Assembly: GCA_031370005.1 (NCBI GenBank)
Contig: JANMPT010000063.1
Span: 1-64,000 of the forward strand
Source of the DNA: Bdellovibrionales bacterium
GTDB lineage: Bacteria; Bdellovibrionota; Bdellovibrionia; Bdellovibrionales; Bdellovibrionaceae
Direction of reading: 5' to 3'
DNA: 64,000 bases
The notes under the pieces are model-generated. The model was not told where the DNA came from. It saw nothing but the letters and a program-made list of their open reading frames with translations, and searched no databases. The first letter of the stretch is position 1, and every line of letters starts with the position of its first letter. Shown in pieces: positions 18,248-29,090 of the stretch. The position numbers and the translations under genes were made by a program.

Positions 18248-20170
18248 TTATTTATAACTACGAGTTGCAAGTTTGACATTTTCAAATTGAAGTTCTTCTA
18301 TATGGCGCGTTTGTGGCCTCTCTGAGCCGTTCCACTCCCACGCCGCTACATGGCTAAAGTTTTGGTCATCACGTTTCGCTTCACCATCTTCTTGGTATTC
18401 TTCTCGAAAATGCCCCCCGCAGGATTCTCTGCGCTCAAGGGCGTCTCGGCACATCAGCTCGCCAAGCTCTAGAAAGTCCGCTACGCGTCCCGCTTTTTCA
18501 AGCTCAGGGTTTAAGTAATTTACTTCACCAGGGATGCGCACGTTATTCCAAAACTCCTGGCGAAGTTTTGGAATAAGCTCGAGAGCTTTCTTAAGTCCAG
18601 CCTCGTTGCGGCCCATTCCACAGTATTCCCACATAATATGGCCGAGTTCTTTATGGAAGCTCTCAACAGTACGGGTTCCTTTGATATTCATAATTTTCGC
18701 GATTTCATTTTTTACAGAGAGCTCGGCGTCTTTAAAGGCTCCGTGAGTTGTTGCGATTTTTTCCATTTTCGTGCCGGCAATGTAATTGCTAATCGTATAT
18801 GGCAGCACAAAATATCCATCTCCTAAGCCCTGCATTAAGGCAGAGGCTCCCAAGCGATTTGCCCCATGATCCGAGAAGTTTGCCTCTCCAGCAACAAACA
18901 GCCCCGGAATTGTCGACTCTAAATTATAATCAACCCACAAGCCGCCCATTGTGTAGTGTGGGGCAGGATAAATTCTCATTGGCTGACTGTAGGGGTTCTC
19001 GCCGGTAATCTTTTCATACATTTGAAACAGGTTTCCATAGCGCTCAGAAATTTTTGCTTCTCCTAGCCGAGCGATTGCATCGCGAAAATCAAGATAAACT
19101 GCTTTTCCGGAATCACCCACACCGCGGCCTTCATCACAGCAATATTTCGCTTGGCGCGAGGCCACATCTCGAGGCGCTAAATTGCCAAAACTTGGATAAA
19201 TGCGCTCAAGATAATAGTCTCTTTCTCCCTCTGGTATTTCATTCGGATGGCGCTTATCACCTTTTGCCTTTGGAACCCATACGCGACCATCGTTGCGAAG
19301 TGACTCTGACATCAGAGTCAGCTTTGATTGGTTTTCACCATGCACAGGAATACAGGTCGGATGAATTTGCGTGTAACAAGGATTCGCAAAGTAAGCGCCG
19401 CGCTTATGAGCCTTCCAAATCGCTGTCACCGCACAGGCCATTGCGTTTGTTGAAAGATAGAAAACATTTGAATAGCCGCCGGAGGCGATAACTACCGCGT
19501 CTGCTTCATGAGACTCAATTTCACCGGTGTGAAGATTTCTAACGATAATTCCGCGGGCACGACCATCGACAATCACTAAATCCAACATCTCTCGGCGATA
19601 GTTAAGCTCTACGGTGCCAAGGTCTACTTGTCTCATCATCGCAGAGTACGCACCAAGAAGAAGCTGCTGCCCCGTTTGGCCTCGAGCATAAAAGGTACGC
19701 GAAACTTGCGCTCCCCCAAAAGAGCGATTGTCCAAGTGGCCGCCGTACTCCCGAGCCAAGGGAACGCCTGAGGCCACGGCTTGGTCAATGATGTTCACGG
19801 AAACCTCGGCCAATCGATACACATTCGCCTCGCGAGCACGAAAGTCGCCACCTTTTACTGTATCATAGAAAAGACGATAGACAGAGTCGCCATCGTTTTG
19901 GTAATTTTTTGCAGCATTAATGCCACCTTGGGCCGCCACCGAGTGGGCACGGCGAGGCGATTCGTGTACACAAAAGGCTTTCACTTTATAACCAAGCTCT
20001 CCCATTGAAGCGGCTGCACTAGCACCAGCCAACCCAGTTCCAACAATAATCACCGTGTGTTTTCGTTTGTTCGCTGGGTTCACAAGCTTCATTTTAAACT
20101 TGTGATCAGTCCACTTTTTATTAATTATCCCATCCGGAACTTTACCATCTAATGTTTTTGACATGATCAA
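18248..20170 (-). CDS. sdhA: Succinate dehydrogenase/fumarate reductase flavoprotein subunit
   Basis: [34 protein letters not shown]. Confidence 0.96.
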   Translation of the reverse strand: MIMSKTLDGKVPDGIINKKWTDHKFKMKLVNPANKRKHTVIIVGTGLAGASAAASMGELGYKVKAFCVHESPRRAHSVAAQGGINAAKNYQNDGDSVYRLFYDTVKGGDFRAREANVYRLAEVSVNIIDQAVASGVPLAREYGGHLDNRSFGGAQVSRTFYARGQTGQQLLLGAYSAMMRQVDLGTVELNYRREMLDLVIVDGRARGIIVRNLHTGEIESHEADAVVIASGGYSNVFYLSTNAMACAVTAIWKAHKRGAYFANPCYTQIHPTCIPVHGENQSKLTLMSESLRNDGRVWVPKAKGDKRHPNEIPEGERDYYLERIYPSFGNLAPRDVASRQAKYCCDEGRGVGDSGKAVYLDFRDAIARLGEAKISERYGNLFQMYEKITGENPYSQPMRIYPAPHYTMGGLWVDYNLESTIPGLFVAGEANFSDHGANRLGASALMQGLGDGYFVLPYTISNYIAGTKMEKIATTHGAFKDAELSVKNEIAKIMNIKGTRTVESFHKELGHIMWEYCGMGRNEAGLKKALELIPKLRQEFWNNVRIPGEVNYLNPELEKAGRVADFLELGELMCRDALERRESCGGHFREEYQEDGEAKRDDQNFSHVAAWEWNGSERPQTRHIEELQFENVKLATRSYK

Positions 20171-20176
20171 ACCCTC

Positions 20177-20857
20177 TTAACTTTTGCCAGCGGTGAAAAA
20201 AATATAGATCGGCTGGGAAATAAACCCCATAGCAACAACAATAGCATAAAGGTAGCTAACCCTTTTCAGTGTCGCCTGATAACGACCATTCATCCAGCCA
20301 AACGATTGAAAAACAGAGCCGACACCGTGACTCAAGTGAAACCCCAAAACAACCAGACTTATCAAATACCACGCCACGTAGCCGGGTTGTTGAAACACTT
20401 CAACCATCAACCTATAGAGATCGCGAACAACCACGCCATTTACAGTTGTGTCGTAGTGAGTCCCATACTTAAATGTCGCTATGTGAAGAATAATGAAGGC
20501 AAGAATCAAACTGCCCTGAACTCCCATTGTTTGAGAGGCCATACTCACAGATTTTTCACCTTTTGCTCTCGTTGCATAAGCTTTTGGTCGAGCGGTGCGG
20601 TTTTGTAATGTTAAGTTGATCGCAAGACCCACATGAGCAAGCAAAGCTAAGATTAATACTGCTTCTGCCACATAGATAATGTTTCCACTCGTAATTGCGT
20701 GCCCATAAGCATTATATGTATCTGGGCTTACAAAAATAAGAAGGTTGCCTGCCATATGAACAAGAACAAAGCCCGTCCAGACAAGTCCGGCTAACCCCAT
20801 GAGATATTTTTTGCCGATCGTAGATCCCAAAAAACCCCGAGACTCTGTACTCGACAC
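20177..20857 (-). CDS. sdhC: Succinate dehydrogenase cytochrome b558 subunit (single 5-TM anchor)
   Basis: Conserved His residues in HMAGN, LAHV, ILHI, HLSHG; operon context. Confidence 0.93.
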   Translation of the reverse strand: MSSTESRGFLGSTIGKKYLMGLAGLVWTGFVLVHMAGNLLIFVSPDTYNAYGHAITSGNIIYVAEAVLILALLAHVGLAINLTLQNRTARPKAYATRAKGEKSVSMASQTMGVQGSLILAFIILHIATFKYGTHYDTTVNGVVVRDLYRLMVEVFQQPGYVAWYLISLVVLGFHLSHGVGSVFQSFGWMNGRYQATLKRVSYLYAIVVAMGFISQPIYIFFTAGKS

Positions 20858-21022
20858 AGTAAACTCCTTTATTTTGTCTTTTTTTAATTACGTTTTGCTA
20901 TCTTACCTCCTGCTAAGTATGCTTGTCCACGGCACTTCTTGACGTTTTCGCGTCATGTTACTTAAGACTTTTAACTTTGCCAAAAATTCTCTTTGGGATA
21001 GAAAGTCCACACGAGGTTTCAT

Positions 21023-21799
21023 ATGAAAGTTTTTGTTTGTATTAAGCAAGTTCCTGACACTGAAACAAAGATTAAAATCGGCCCGGACGCTTCTTCTATT
21101 GATTTGACTGGCATCAAATGGGTGATCAATCCATATGACGAGTATGCTATCGAAGAAGCTGTCAAATATAGGGAGGCCAACGTTGGCACTCAAGTATTTG
21201 TTTTAAGCGCAGGCCCCTTAAAGCGCATTTCTGAATCGTTGAGAACTGCTTTAGCCATGGGTGCCGACGAGGGTATTGCTATAAATGCTCCAGAAAATCT
21301 AGACTCATACTCAACAGCGCGGGCCTTGGCTGAGGTTATTAGGGCTGAAGACGGCGCGGGTCTTATTTTCACGGGTAAGTTGGCAATTGACGACAATGCC
21401 TCTTCTGTTAGCCAGATGCTCGCCGAGTTTCTGGGGCTGCCACATGCAACTGTCGTTTCAAAATTTACTGCATCACCTGAAGGAGTCACTGTAGAGCGTG
21501 ATATTGAAGGCGGCGCAAAAGAAATTATCAAGCTTACCCCTCCTGCCGTTATCGGCGCCAATAAGGGGCTTAATACTCCTCGATATGCAAGTCTCCCTGG
21601 TATTATGAAGGCCAAAAAAAAGGTCTTAAAAGAGATTGAATTTGCTTCTTTAAATATTTCCGCTTCAGAGATTAAGGTCAGATACTCCCAATTTCATCTT
21701 CCGACAGAAAAACCGCCTGTAAAAATACTCACAGGTGATTCTCAACATCAAGTGTCCGCGCTTGTACAACTGCTTCGTGACGAAGCGAAAGTATTATAG
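21023..21799 (+). CDS. etfB: Electron transfer flavoprotein beta subunit
   Basis: VCIKQVPD, NPYDEYA, ALAMGAD, PRYASLPGI. Confidence 0.96.
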   Translation: MKVFVCIKQVPDTETKIKIGPDASSIDLTGIKWVINPYDEYAIEEAVKYREANVGTQVFVLSAGPLKRISESLRTALAMGADEGIAINAPENLDSYSTARALAEVIRAEDGAGLIFTGKLAIDDNASSVSQMLAEFLGLPHATVVSKFTASPEGVTVERDIEGGAKEIIKLTPPAVIGANKGLNTPRYASLPGIMKAKKKVLKEIEFASLNISASEIKVRYSQFHLPTEKPPVKILTGDSQHQVSALVQLLRDEAKVL

Positions 21800-21807
21800 A
21801 GGATTTT

Positions 21808-22776
21808 ATGTCCAAAGTATTTGTCTTTGCCGAACACAAAAATGGCGCTCTTAGGCGCGGCGCCATGGAGCTCTTGCAAGCGGCTCAAAAGTCTGGAAAC
21901 ACAGTTGTGGGAATGGCCGTGGGCACTGGCGCCGACAAGGCCGCAGTTGAAATGGGCCACCATGGCGCAAAAGAAGTTCATATTATTAAAGACTCCAGCC
22001 TTGATGCATATAACCCTGAAATTTATGCTGCCGCTCTTTCCTTGGTACTAGATCGTGTCCAGCCACAAATACTTCTTGCTTCTGCAACAAGCACAGCAAA
22101 AGATCTTTTTCCGAAAATTGCGGCTCGTCTTAAAACCGGCATAGTCTCTGACTGCACTGAGCTTAATATTTCCGGCGACAACGTCACAGTAAAAAAGCCG
22201 CTTTATTCTGAAAAGACTTTCGCAACGGCTAGTTTTGAAAACAGCCCTCTTAAAATTGTTTTGATGCGCGCAAACCAACTTCCTGTGGTTGCTGCGGACA
22301 TCTCTAAAGCTGCGGCTCTGATTGAACACGCTCTGACAAAGCCTGATTTAAAAACTATCGTTAAAGAAATAGTTAAGGGCACCTCAGAAAAATTAGATCT
22401 TACTGAGGCTACTATTATTGTCTCCGGCGGCCGCGGGTTAAAAGAGGCTGGCAACTTTAAGCTTCTAAATGATCTCGCGGATGTTTTGGGTGCCACAGTT
22501 GGGGCTTCCCGTGCGGTCGTTGATTCGGGGTGGGTTTCTCATAGCATGCAGGTTGGGCAAACCGGCAAAACTGTTGCGCCAACTTTGTATATTGCAGTTG
22601 GCATTTCTGGCGCGATTCAACATCTTGCAGGGATGAGTGGTAGCAAAGTAATTGTCGCTATCAACAATGATCCGGGGGCGCCAATCTTTCAAAAGGCCAC
22701 CTACGGAATTGTTGGCGATCTTTTTGACGTGATTCCAAAGCTCACAGAAGAATTCAAAAAAGTTCTTAAGCATTAA
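21808..22776 (+). CDS. etfA: Electron transfer flavoprotein alpha subunit
   Basis: SGGRG, GASRA, QVGQTGK, GISGAIQH. Confidence 0.96.
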   Translation: MSKVFVFAEHKNGALRRGAMELLQAAQKSGNTVVGMAVGTGADKAAVEMGHHGAKEVHIIKDSSLDAYNPEIYAAALSLVLDRVQPQILLASATSTAKDLFPKIAARLKTGIVSDCTELNISGDNVTVKKPLYSEKTFATASFENSPLKIVLMRANQLPVVAADISKAAALIEHALTKPDLKTIVKEIVKGTSEKLDLTEATIIVSGGRGLKEAGNFKLLNDLADVLGATVGASRAVVDSGWVSHSMQVGQTGKTVAPTLYIAVGISGAIQHLAGMSGSKVIVAINNDPGAPIFQKATYGIVGDLFDVIPKLTEEFKKVLKH

Positions 22777-22780
22777 TCTT

Positions 22781-23425
22781 TTGAGAAAATATCTTTTGGG
22801 CTTCTTAGTCTGGTTAGTTTATCGCACGCTTTCTCTCACATGGAGAGTGCGACTAATTGAGCCTGTTTCCATGCAAGAAAACATGCGCGATAAAAAGCCC
22901 TTCCTGCTCGCACACTGGCATGGGGATGAAATTGCTTTGATACATCTTTGTCGCCATTATCGAGTTGCCACAATGTCCTCCCAAAGTAAGGACGGACAGA
23001 TGATGTCAGTCATTCTTCATTTATTGGGAGCAAAAACAACCCAAGGCTCATCAACTAGAGGCGGGGTCGGTGGACTAAAGGGTCTTGTTCGCTTAATGCG
23101 ACAGGGCCATAGTTGCAGTTTTGCTGTGGATGGGCCGAAGGGCCCAATATACAAAGTAAAGCCCGGCGTGTTTGAGCTTTCACGACTTTTGGACTGTCCC
23201 ATTTATTATTCTGGGGTAAGCGTAGATCGTGCGATCAAATTTCCAAAAGCATGGAACAAAACTTACTTTCCAAAACCCTTCGCGAAAATTGTTATTCAAT
23301 GGAACGGCCCACTCACTCCTACGACAAAAGCCCAGGATCCCCGCGACCCAATACTCGCAGACCAGCTCGAAACCTTGCTACATAGCGCAAAACAACAAGC
23401 TCTTAAAGTCATTGCTGAATCTTAA
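22781..23425 (+). CDS. DUF374/lysophospholipid acyltransferase-family protein
   Basis: HWHG, SQSKDG, GSSTRGG, AVDGPKGP, PKPF. Confidence 0.85.
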   Translation: MRKYLLGFLVWLVYRTLSLTWRVRLIEPVSMQENMRDKKPFLLAHWHGDEIALIHLCRHYRVATMSSQSKDGQMMSVILHLLGAKTTQGSSTRGGVGGLKGLVRLMRQGHSCSFAVDGPKGPIYKVKPGVFELSRLLDCPIYYSGVSVDRAIKFPKAWNKTYFPKPFAKIVIQWNGPLTPTTKAQDPRDPILADQLETLLHSAKQQALKVIAES

Positions 23426-23484
23426 ATCAGATGCTAGCGTTTTAATGTGGCATGTCGTCAACTTTTTAAAGGGACTTTCAAGGT

Positions 23485-24312
23485 ATGAATCTGACTGCAA
23501 TTACTCAAGCTATTAGCATCCTTCTACTTTCGGCTTCGCTGTCGTTTGCTCAATCGAAAGGGTCTGAAGTTGTCGCTATCGTCGGCAAAAAAAAGATCAC
23601 GGTAGATGACTTCAACAAGAAGTTTAATGAGATTAAATCTCAGACACTAAATCCTCCAACAAAAACACAGTTTCTAGAAGATATGGTTCGTTACGAAGTC
23701 GGGTTGCAGGAGGCTGCAAAGCGTAATCTAGAGAAAGACCCTGTGGTTATCGAGCGTGTTCAACAAGAAACATATAAGGCACTTCTTGAAAAAGACCTTG
23801 GCCAAAAGGTTCAGAAAATTCAGGTGTCCGAAGCGGAGATGAAAGCTTGGTACAAAAACAATCCAGAGATTCGTACAAGCCATATCTTGATCGAATTTAA
23901 GCCTAATGCAACTCCAGTGCAGATCTCCGAGGCTAAGCGCCGCGCGAATGAAATATTCGAAGAGGTAAAAAAATCAAAACGACCTTTTGAAGAGCTTGTA
24001 AAATTATACTCCGATGACCCTCTAAGCAAGCAGGCGGGCGGAGATGTCGGTTGGCAGTCGCGGGTAACTCTGGTTCCAGCATATTACGATGCCGCTTTGA
24101 GTGGAAAAATAAATGAAATTAAGGGTTTGGTTGAAACTCCATTTGGGTTTCATATAATTAAAATTACTGGCCGCAGAAATTATGAAGATGCCAATAAGCG
24201 CCAGGTTCGCGCCGCAGTTTTTGACGAAAAAAGAAAACAGGCTTTTAATGACTACTTCGAGAAACTAAAAAAGGGCTATCTGATTAAAACAACTCCGGCT
24301 CTTTTAAGATAG
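23485..24312 (+). CDS. Exported parvulin-type peptidyl-prolyl isomerase
   Basis: Signal peptide; RTSHIL, YSDD, GGDVGW, TPFGFHII. Confidence 0.92.
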   Translation: MNLTAITQAISILLLSASLSFAQSKGSEVVAIVGKKKITVDDFNKKFNEIKSQTLNPPTKTQFLEDMVRYEVGLQEAAKRNLEKDPVVIERVQQETYKALLEKDLGQKVQKIQVSEAEMKAWYKNNPEIRTSHILIEFKPNATPVQISEAKRRANEIFEEVKKSKRPFEELVKLYSDDPLSKQAGGDVGWQSRVTLVPAYYDAALSGKINEIKGLVETPFGFHIIKITGRRNYEDANKRQVRAAVFDEKRKQAFNDYFEKLKKGYLIKTTPALLR

Positions 24313-24316
24313 AGGG

Positions 24317-25303
24317 TTGAATAACATGACGTTTAGTAAGAGCCCCGCATCTTTGGGGCTTTTTATTTTTGGTCTTATTTTTTTTGTCGTCAGCGGCTGT
24401 ACATCGAGTTATCAAAAGCTTTCAACCAAGCCTGTGGTGAAGGTCAATGACCACGTCTTAACTGCAAAAGAGTTTTCAAATCAACTTGCCAGAAAACTTA
24501 AAGATCTTGATGCCCTGACCGCTAAAGAGCCCTCTACAGTTCGAAGAACTAAAGAAGAGCTTCTTCGAGCCTTCATAGTAAAATCACTGACCCTCGACTG
24601 GGCACGCGCCAACAGTCTTATTGTTCTTGAGAGTGATTTGGATAAAGAGGTAAATAAATATCGCGCAAACTATCCAGATGATTTATCTTTCCGCAGACTT
24701 CTTGCACAAGAAAATCTTTCTTTCTCTGAGTGGCGTGAGGAGCTTCGCTACACCTTGGTTGAGCGCGCCGTTTTCAAAAAAATCAATGAGCGCGTTAAGC
24801 CTCCTGGAGAAACGGAAATTAAACACTACTATGATGAGCATAAAGATAAATTTAGGAAAAAAGATCGAATTTATATTCGTCAAATTGTTACCGATGAACA
24901 GGGAAAAGCGGATCTTTTAAAATCCCAAGTTAAATCTAAGGACTTCGCCGAGCTCGCAAAGAAATATTCTGTCGCTCCAGAGGCAAAAGTCGGTGGACTT
25001 GTTGGCTGGATTGAAGTCGGCAGCGTTGATTTTTTTGACCCCCTCTTTAAGGTGCCTGTTGGCAGCGTGACGCAGCTCAAGAGCCCTTTTGGCTTTCATA
25101 TTGTCCGCGTGGAAAAAAAGCTTGCTGCCTCTACTCTCCTCTTGGATGAGGTGCGCAATCAAGTCATTCGCGCATTAATGGCGCAGCGAGAACAGGGCGC
25201 CTTCGTAAAATGGTTGGATGCTCAATTAAGAAGTAGTAAGGTTCTTAGAGATAACGAGCTGATCAATTCGATCACCGTTGAAACAAGGACTGAAAATGAA
25301 TAG
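24317..25303 (+). CDS. Lipoprotein parvulin/PrsA-like PPIase with SurA-N-like domain
   Basis: Lipobox VSGC; FAELAKKYS, GGLVGW, SPFGFHIV. Confidence 0.88.
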   Translation: MNNMTFSKSPASLGLFIFGLIFFVVSGCTSSYQKLSTKPVVKVNDHVLTAKEFSNQLARKLKDLDALTAKEPSTVRRTKEELLRAFIVKSLTLDWARANSLIVLESDLDKEVNKYRANYPDDLSFRRLLAQENLSFSEWREELRYTLVERAVFKKINERVKPPGETEIKHYYDEHKDKFRKKDRIYIRQIVTDEQGKADLLKSQVKSKDFAELAKKYSVAPEAKVGGLVGWIEVGSVDFFDPLFKVPVGSVTQLKSPFGFHIVRVEKKLAASTLLLDEVRNQVIRALMAQREQGAFVKWLDAQLRSSKVLRDNELINSITVETRTENE

Positions 25304-26249
25304 GCTCCTGCTGTTTTTTTTGCTTTTTACTCCCCTCGTTTCTCACGCAGAGATTGCTGAGCGCATTGTGGCGATCGTCAATAATGACCCCATATTGGAG
25401 TCCGACTTTAAAGAGCTTCAACATAAGTTAAAAACGCCAGCCCTTATCGATGACTCTTTGCTGATGGGTAAAAGCATTGACGAGCTTAAAAAAAATCGGA
25501 AGGCTCAGCTGGACTATCTGATCAATGAAAAAATCATCGCTTCCGAAGTTAAACGTTTAAACCACGACGTAACTATGGAACGTGTTAATCAAGAAATCAA
25601 AGACATGGCCAAAAAAAACAACGTTGCCGTGAGTGAGGTCTTCGCCGCCTTTAGGGTGCAGGGAATTTCCGCTCCCGAGTATCAGGCCTTTCTGAAAGAA
25701 AAAATTGAAAAGCAGTCCTTAATTGAATCGGAAATCATCTCAAAGCTTCGTATTTCTGACGATGATGCTCTGGCTGAATACCTTAAAAATAATCCTGAAA
25801 ACAAATCCACAGTAAATGAATTTACTATTGCCCACATATTCTTTAATCCAAAAAAAGGTGGTCCCGAGGCTGCTATAAAACGCGCTCAAGTGGTTTTAGA
25901 AAAACTCCGCGCAGGAGAAAGCTTTGAGGCTTTGGCCGAGCAAAACAGCGAAGACCCCAATTTCACCTCAGGAGGGCTGCTTGGAACATTCAAGTCCGGC
26001 GAGTTCCTAAAAGAAATTGAGGCCTCAATTCAAACCCTGAGCGTTGGGCAAACAACAGGCATTGTAAAGTCACGAATGGGTTATCATATTGTAAAACTTT
26101 TAAATAAAAAACTAACCACAGATCCCAAGTTTGAAAAAGAAAAAGAAAAAATAAAATCCGTATTATTCGAACAAAACTTTAAGCGCCAGATGAAAAACTG
26201 GTTAAACTCCAAGCGCGAAGAGTCTTTTATTCGTATTAACGAAAAATAG
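25296..26249 (+). CDS. surA: SurA-like periplasmic chaperone/PPIase
   Basis: RIVAIVNNDPILESD (SurA-N); AHIF, NSEDP, GGLLG, GYHIVK; lies upstream of pdxA. Confidence 0.82.
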   Translation: MNRLLLFFLLFTPLVSHAEIAERIVAIVNNDPILESDFKELQHKLKTPALIDDSLLMGKSIDELKKNRKAQLDYLINEKIIASEVKRLNHDVTMERVNQEIKDMAKKNNVAVSEVFAAFRVQGISAPEYQAFLKEKIEKQSLIESEIISKLRISDDDALAEYLKNNPENKSTVNEFTIAHIFFNPKKGGPEAAIKRAQVVLEKLRAGESFEALAEQNSEDPNFTSGGLLGTFKSGEFLKEIEASIQTLSVGQTTGIVKSRMGYHIVKLLNKKLTTDPKFEKEKEKIKSVLFEQNFKRQMKNWLNSKREESFIRINEK

Positions 26250-26252
26250 CGC

Positions 26253-27239
26253 GTGAAACATTTCCCTTCGCTTAAAATTGCGATCACTACCGGGGATGTC
26301 GATGGAATCGGGCTCGAAATTGCTGTAAAAGCCCTTTTTAAGCTTGGACCGCAACGCGGCTCCCATTTTTTAATTTGGCGTGGGCCTCTTTCGTTTCCTA
26401 AAGATCTTCACGCGCTTAAAAGAAAGTTTAAGCTTGTACAGTTTGCCTCACCTGTGAGCGCTCTCACCTATTTTCTTTCCGACGAAATGAGCTCGGGCCA
26501 CTTAGTGGAAATTATTTCGCATGAATCGCCTGCACTTTGGGTTGAACAGACCGCCCTCTGGTGCCAGAAAAAAGTGATTCATGGTATGGTAACCGGCCCA
26601 CTTTCAAAAACCGAAATTTTCCGGGCTGGACTTAAGGATCTTGGGCATACTGATATTCTAAAAAGAATTTCTAAATCTAATAACATTCACATGGGTTTTG
26701 TGGGAAATAACTTTAATGTGGTTCTTGCTACAGCACATATTCCTGTTTCAAATATCTCTCAAAGTCTTTCTGCGGCCGCTCTTCTTTCTGGTATTCACGC
26801 GGCCGCATCACTACGCCCACTTCTGCCAGCTGCTTTTCAAAAAAAACCCATCGGCGTGCTGGGCCTTAATCCTCACTCTGGTGAGTCTGGACTGCTCGGC
26901 AAGGAGGAGCAACAGTACTTTAGCAAGGCATTTCGCGCGGCCATAAGAGCAAAAATTCCAGTTATTGGCCCGCTTGTTCCTGACGTTGCCTTTCAAGAAG
27001 AAAACTGGAAGAAATTTTCGGTTTTCTTAGCCATGTATCACGATCAAGGGCTTATTCCATTTAAGCTCGTGCACTCTCAAAAAAGTGGTGTTCATATTTC
27101 TCTTGGACTTTCCTTTATACGAACAAGTGTTGATCATGGTACGGCCAAAGATATTTTTGGCAAAAACAAAGCCATAGCAAACTCTATGCTGGATTCAGTT
27201 CTAGCTTGTATACGTCTAGTAAAATCATCTATAAAATAG
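26253..27239 (+). CDS. pdxA: 4-hydroxythreonine-4-phosphate dehydrogenase
   Basis: GDVDGIG, GHTD, NPHSGE, MYHDQG, RTSVDHGTA. Confidence 0.93.
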   Translation: MKHFPSLKIAITTGDVDGIGLEIAVKALFKLGPQRGSHFLIWRGPLSFPKDLHALKRKFKLVQFASPVSALTYFLSDEMSSGHLVEIISHESPALWVEQTALWCQKKVIHGMVTGPLSKTEIFRAGLKDLGHTDILKRISKSNNIHMGFVGNNFNVVLATAHIPVSNISQSLSAAALLSGIHAAASLRPLLPAAFQKKPIGVLGLNPHSGESGLLGKEEQQYFSKAFRAAIRAKIPVIGPLVPDVAFQEENWKKFSVFLAMYHDQGLIPFKLVHSQKSGVHISLGLSFIRTSVDHGTAKDIFGKNKAIANSMLDSVLACIRLVKSSIK

Positions 27240-27262
27240 TGTTTTTATCAAAAGGGGTTTGT

Positions 27263-28630
27263 ATGTTTAAACCAGTGATTTTTAGGGAATACGATATTCG
27301 CGGTGTATATAATGGCGATTTTGATGACAATTTCGCCGAGCAGTTAGGTCGCTCTTATGTCGTTTACATGAAAGAAAATAAGGGCAAGCCACACCCGACT
27401 GTGGCTTTAGGACATGACGCGCGCTTGTCCTCTCCAAGCATCATTGCCGCACTTGCAAAAGGAATCTCTGAATCCGGTGGCAACGTAGTTCATCTCGGCC
27501 TTATAACAAGCCCTGTTTGTTATTTTGCAACCTTCACAATTCCTGGCTTAGATGGCGCTATCCAGGTGACGGGTAGTCACAACCCACCAGAGTACAATGG
27601 CTTTAAGGTCTCAGTTGGCAATGCAACTATATTCGGCGCGGAAATTCAAAAACTTCGTCTTGTTATGGAAAAAGGACAATTTCTAACAGGCAAAGGGAGT
27701 GAGTCAAAGTTTGATATTTTTCCAAGCTACTTTGAAAAATATAAAAAAGAGTTTGGCGCCCTTAAAAACGTAAAAGTGGTTCTCGACTGTGGAAATGGGG
27801 CTGGAGGAGTTGTTGCGCGCCATTTGTTTAATGCAGCTGGGTTAAATCCGACAATTCTTTTTGAGGAACCAAATGGGCTTTTCCCAAATCATCATCCCGA
27901 TCCAACTGTAGAAGAAAATCTTGCGGCCTTGCAGGCTCAAGTTATTAAAGAGGGCGCTGTGTGCGGCATTGGTTTTGACGGAGATGCTGATCGTATTGGA
28001 GTCGTAGATCATACAGGCCGTATGATCTACGGTGATGAGTTGATGGTCATCATTTCAAGATCTATTTTGGAAGTACAAAAGGGTGCGAAAATCGTTGGCG
28101 ATGTAAAGTGTTCCGACCGCCTTTACAATGACATTGCAAAGCACGGTGGCGTGCCAATCATGTGGAAAACGGGCCACAGTCTGGTAAAAGAAAAGATCAA
28201 AGTGGAGAATGCTCCCTTTGGTGGCGAAATGAGTGGTCATATTTTCTTTGCCGACAGAAACTTCGGTTACGATGATGCTCCTTATGCGGCCCTCCGGTTG
28301 GTGGAAATCTTAGCTAAAACCGGAAAAACAATTCCGCAATTGCTTGAGGGTTTACCGGCGGCATTCAATACACCAGAAATTCGTATCGACACTACTGAAG
28401 AGAAAAAAATATTAGTGGTTAAAAAAATGATTGAAGCTTTTGGTAAGGGCGGCCCAGATTTTAAGGCAAATCTTACTGACGGCATAAGGCTTAGTTTTGA
28501 GGATGGTTGGGCACTTTGCCGCTCATCAAACACCCAGCCCGTATTGGTGGTCCGATATGAATCCACCACACAATCCGGCCTAAACAAAATCCGCACCCGC
28601 GTAGAGTCCGTAGTAAACAAATACCTCTAA
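27263..28630 (+). CDS. Phosphomannomutase/phosphoglucomutase (AlgC-like)
   Basis: FREYDIRG, TGSHNP, FDGDADR, GEMSGH, RSSNT. Confidence 0.95.
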   Translation: MFKPVIFREYDIRGVYNGDFDDNFAEQLGRSYVVYMKENKGKPHPTVALGHDARLSSPSIIAALAKGISESGGNVVHLGLITSPVCYFATFTIPGLDGAIQVTGSHNPPEYNGFKVSVGNATIFGAEIQKLRLVMEKGQFLTGKGSESKFDIFPSYFEKYKKEFGALKNVKVVLDCGNGAGGVVARHLFNAAGLNPTILFEEPNGLFPNHHPDPTVEENLAALQAQVIKEGAVCGIGFDGDADRIGVVDHTGRMIYGDELMVIISRSILEVQKGAKIVGDVKCSDRLYNDIAKHGGVPIMWKTGHSLVKEKIKVENAPFGGEMSGHIFFADRNFGYDDAPYAALRLVEILAKTGKTIPQLLEGLPAAFNTPEIRIDTTEEKKILVVKKMIEAFGKGGPDFKANLTDGIRLSFEDGWALCRSSNTQPVLVVRYESTTQSGLNKIRTRVESVVNKYL

Positions 28631-28666
28631 AAGGTACCGGCTCGCTTTTCCGGATTAAACCAAAAC

Positions 28667-28700
28667 AAAAAGGCTCTGATCAAAAATCAGAACCTTTTTT
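28667..28700. terminator. Putative bidirectional terminator
   Basis: AAAAAGGCTCTGAT-CAAAA-ATCAGAACCTTTTT between convergent PMM and atpE. Confidence 0.7.
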
Positions 28701-28729
28701 ACAATTAAACATATGCCATTTTATAAAAA

Positions 28730-29044
28730 TTATGAGAGGCGCAGCGCGATCAAAAGTGCGTAAATTACTAGTGACTCAATAAGAGCAAGACCAATGATCA
28801 TAGGGGTTAAAATTTTGCCTGATGCCGCTGGATTGCGAGAAATTCCCTCTAACGCAGAAGAGGCTGCTCTTCCCTGGCCCATAGCGCCACCAAAGGCTGC
28901 TAGTCCAATTGCCAATGCCGCTGCTATAGAAACAAGGCCTTTGTCAGAAGTTGCTGTTGCCGCCGCTGCTTCTTGAGCGAGCGCGGGTACCGCCGCCATT
29001 GTTACTGCCACTGCTGCGATCATTTTTTTACTGAAGTTTGTCAT
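28730..29044 (-). CDS. atpE: ATP synthase Fo subunit c with signal-peptide-like N-terminal extension
   Basis: GAMGQG, RNP loop, LIESL carboxylate. Confidence 0.96.
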   Translation of the reverse strand: MTNFSKKMIAAVAVTMAAVPALAQEAAAATATSDKGLVSIAAALAIGLAAFGGAMGQGRAASSALEGISRNPAASGKILTPMIIGLALIESLVIYALLIALRLS

Positions 29045-29090
29045 TATATTCTCCTTTTAACTTCTTATTAATTTATATTTAATTTGCATA

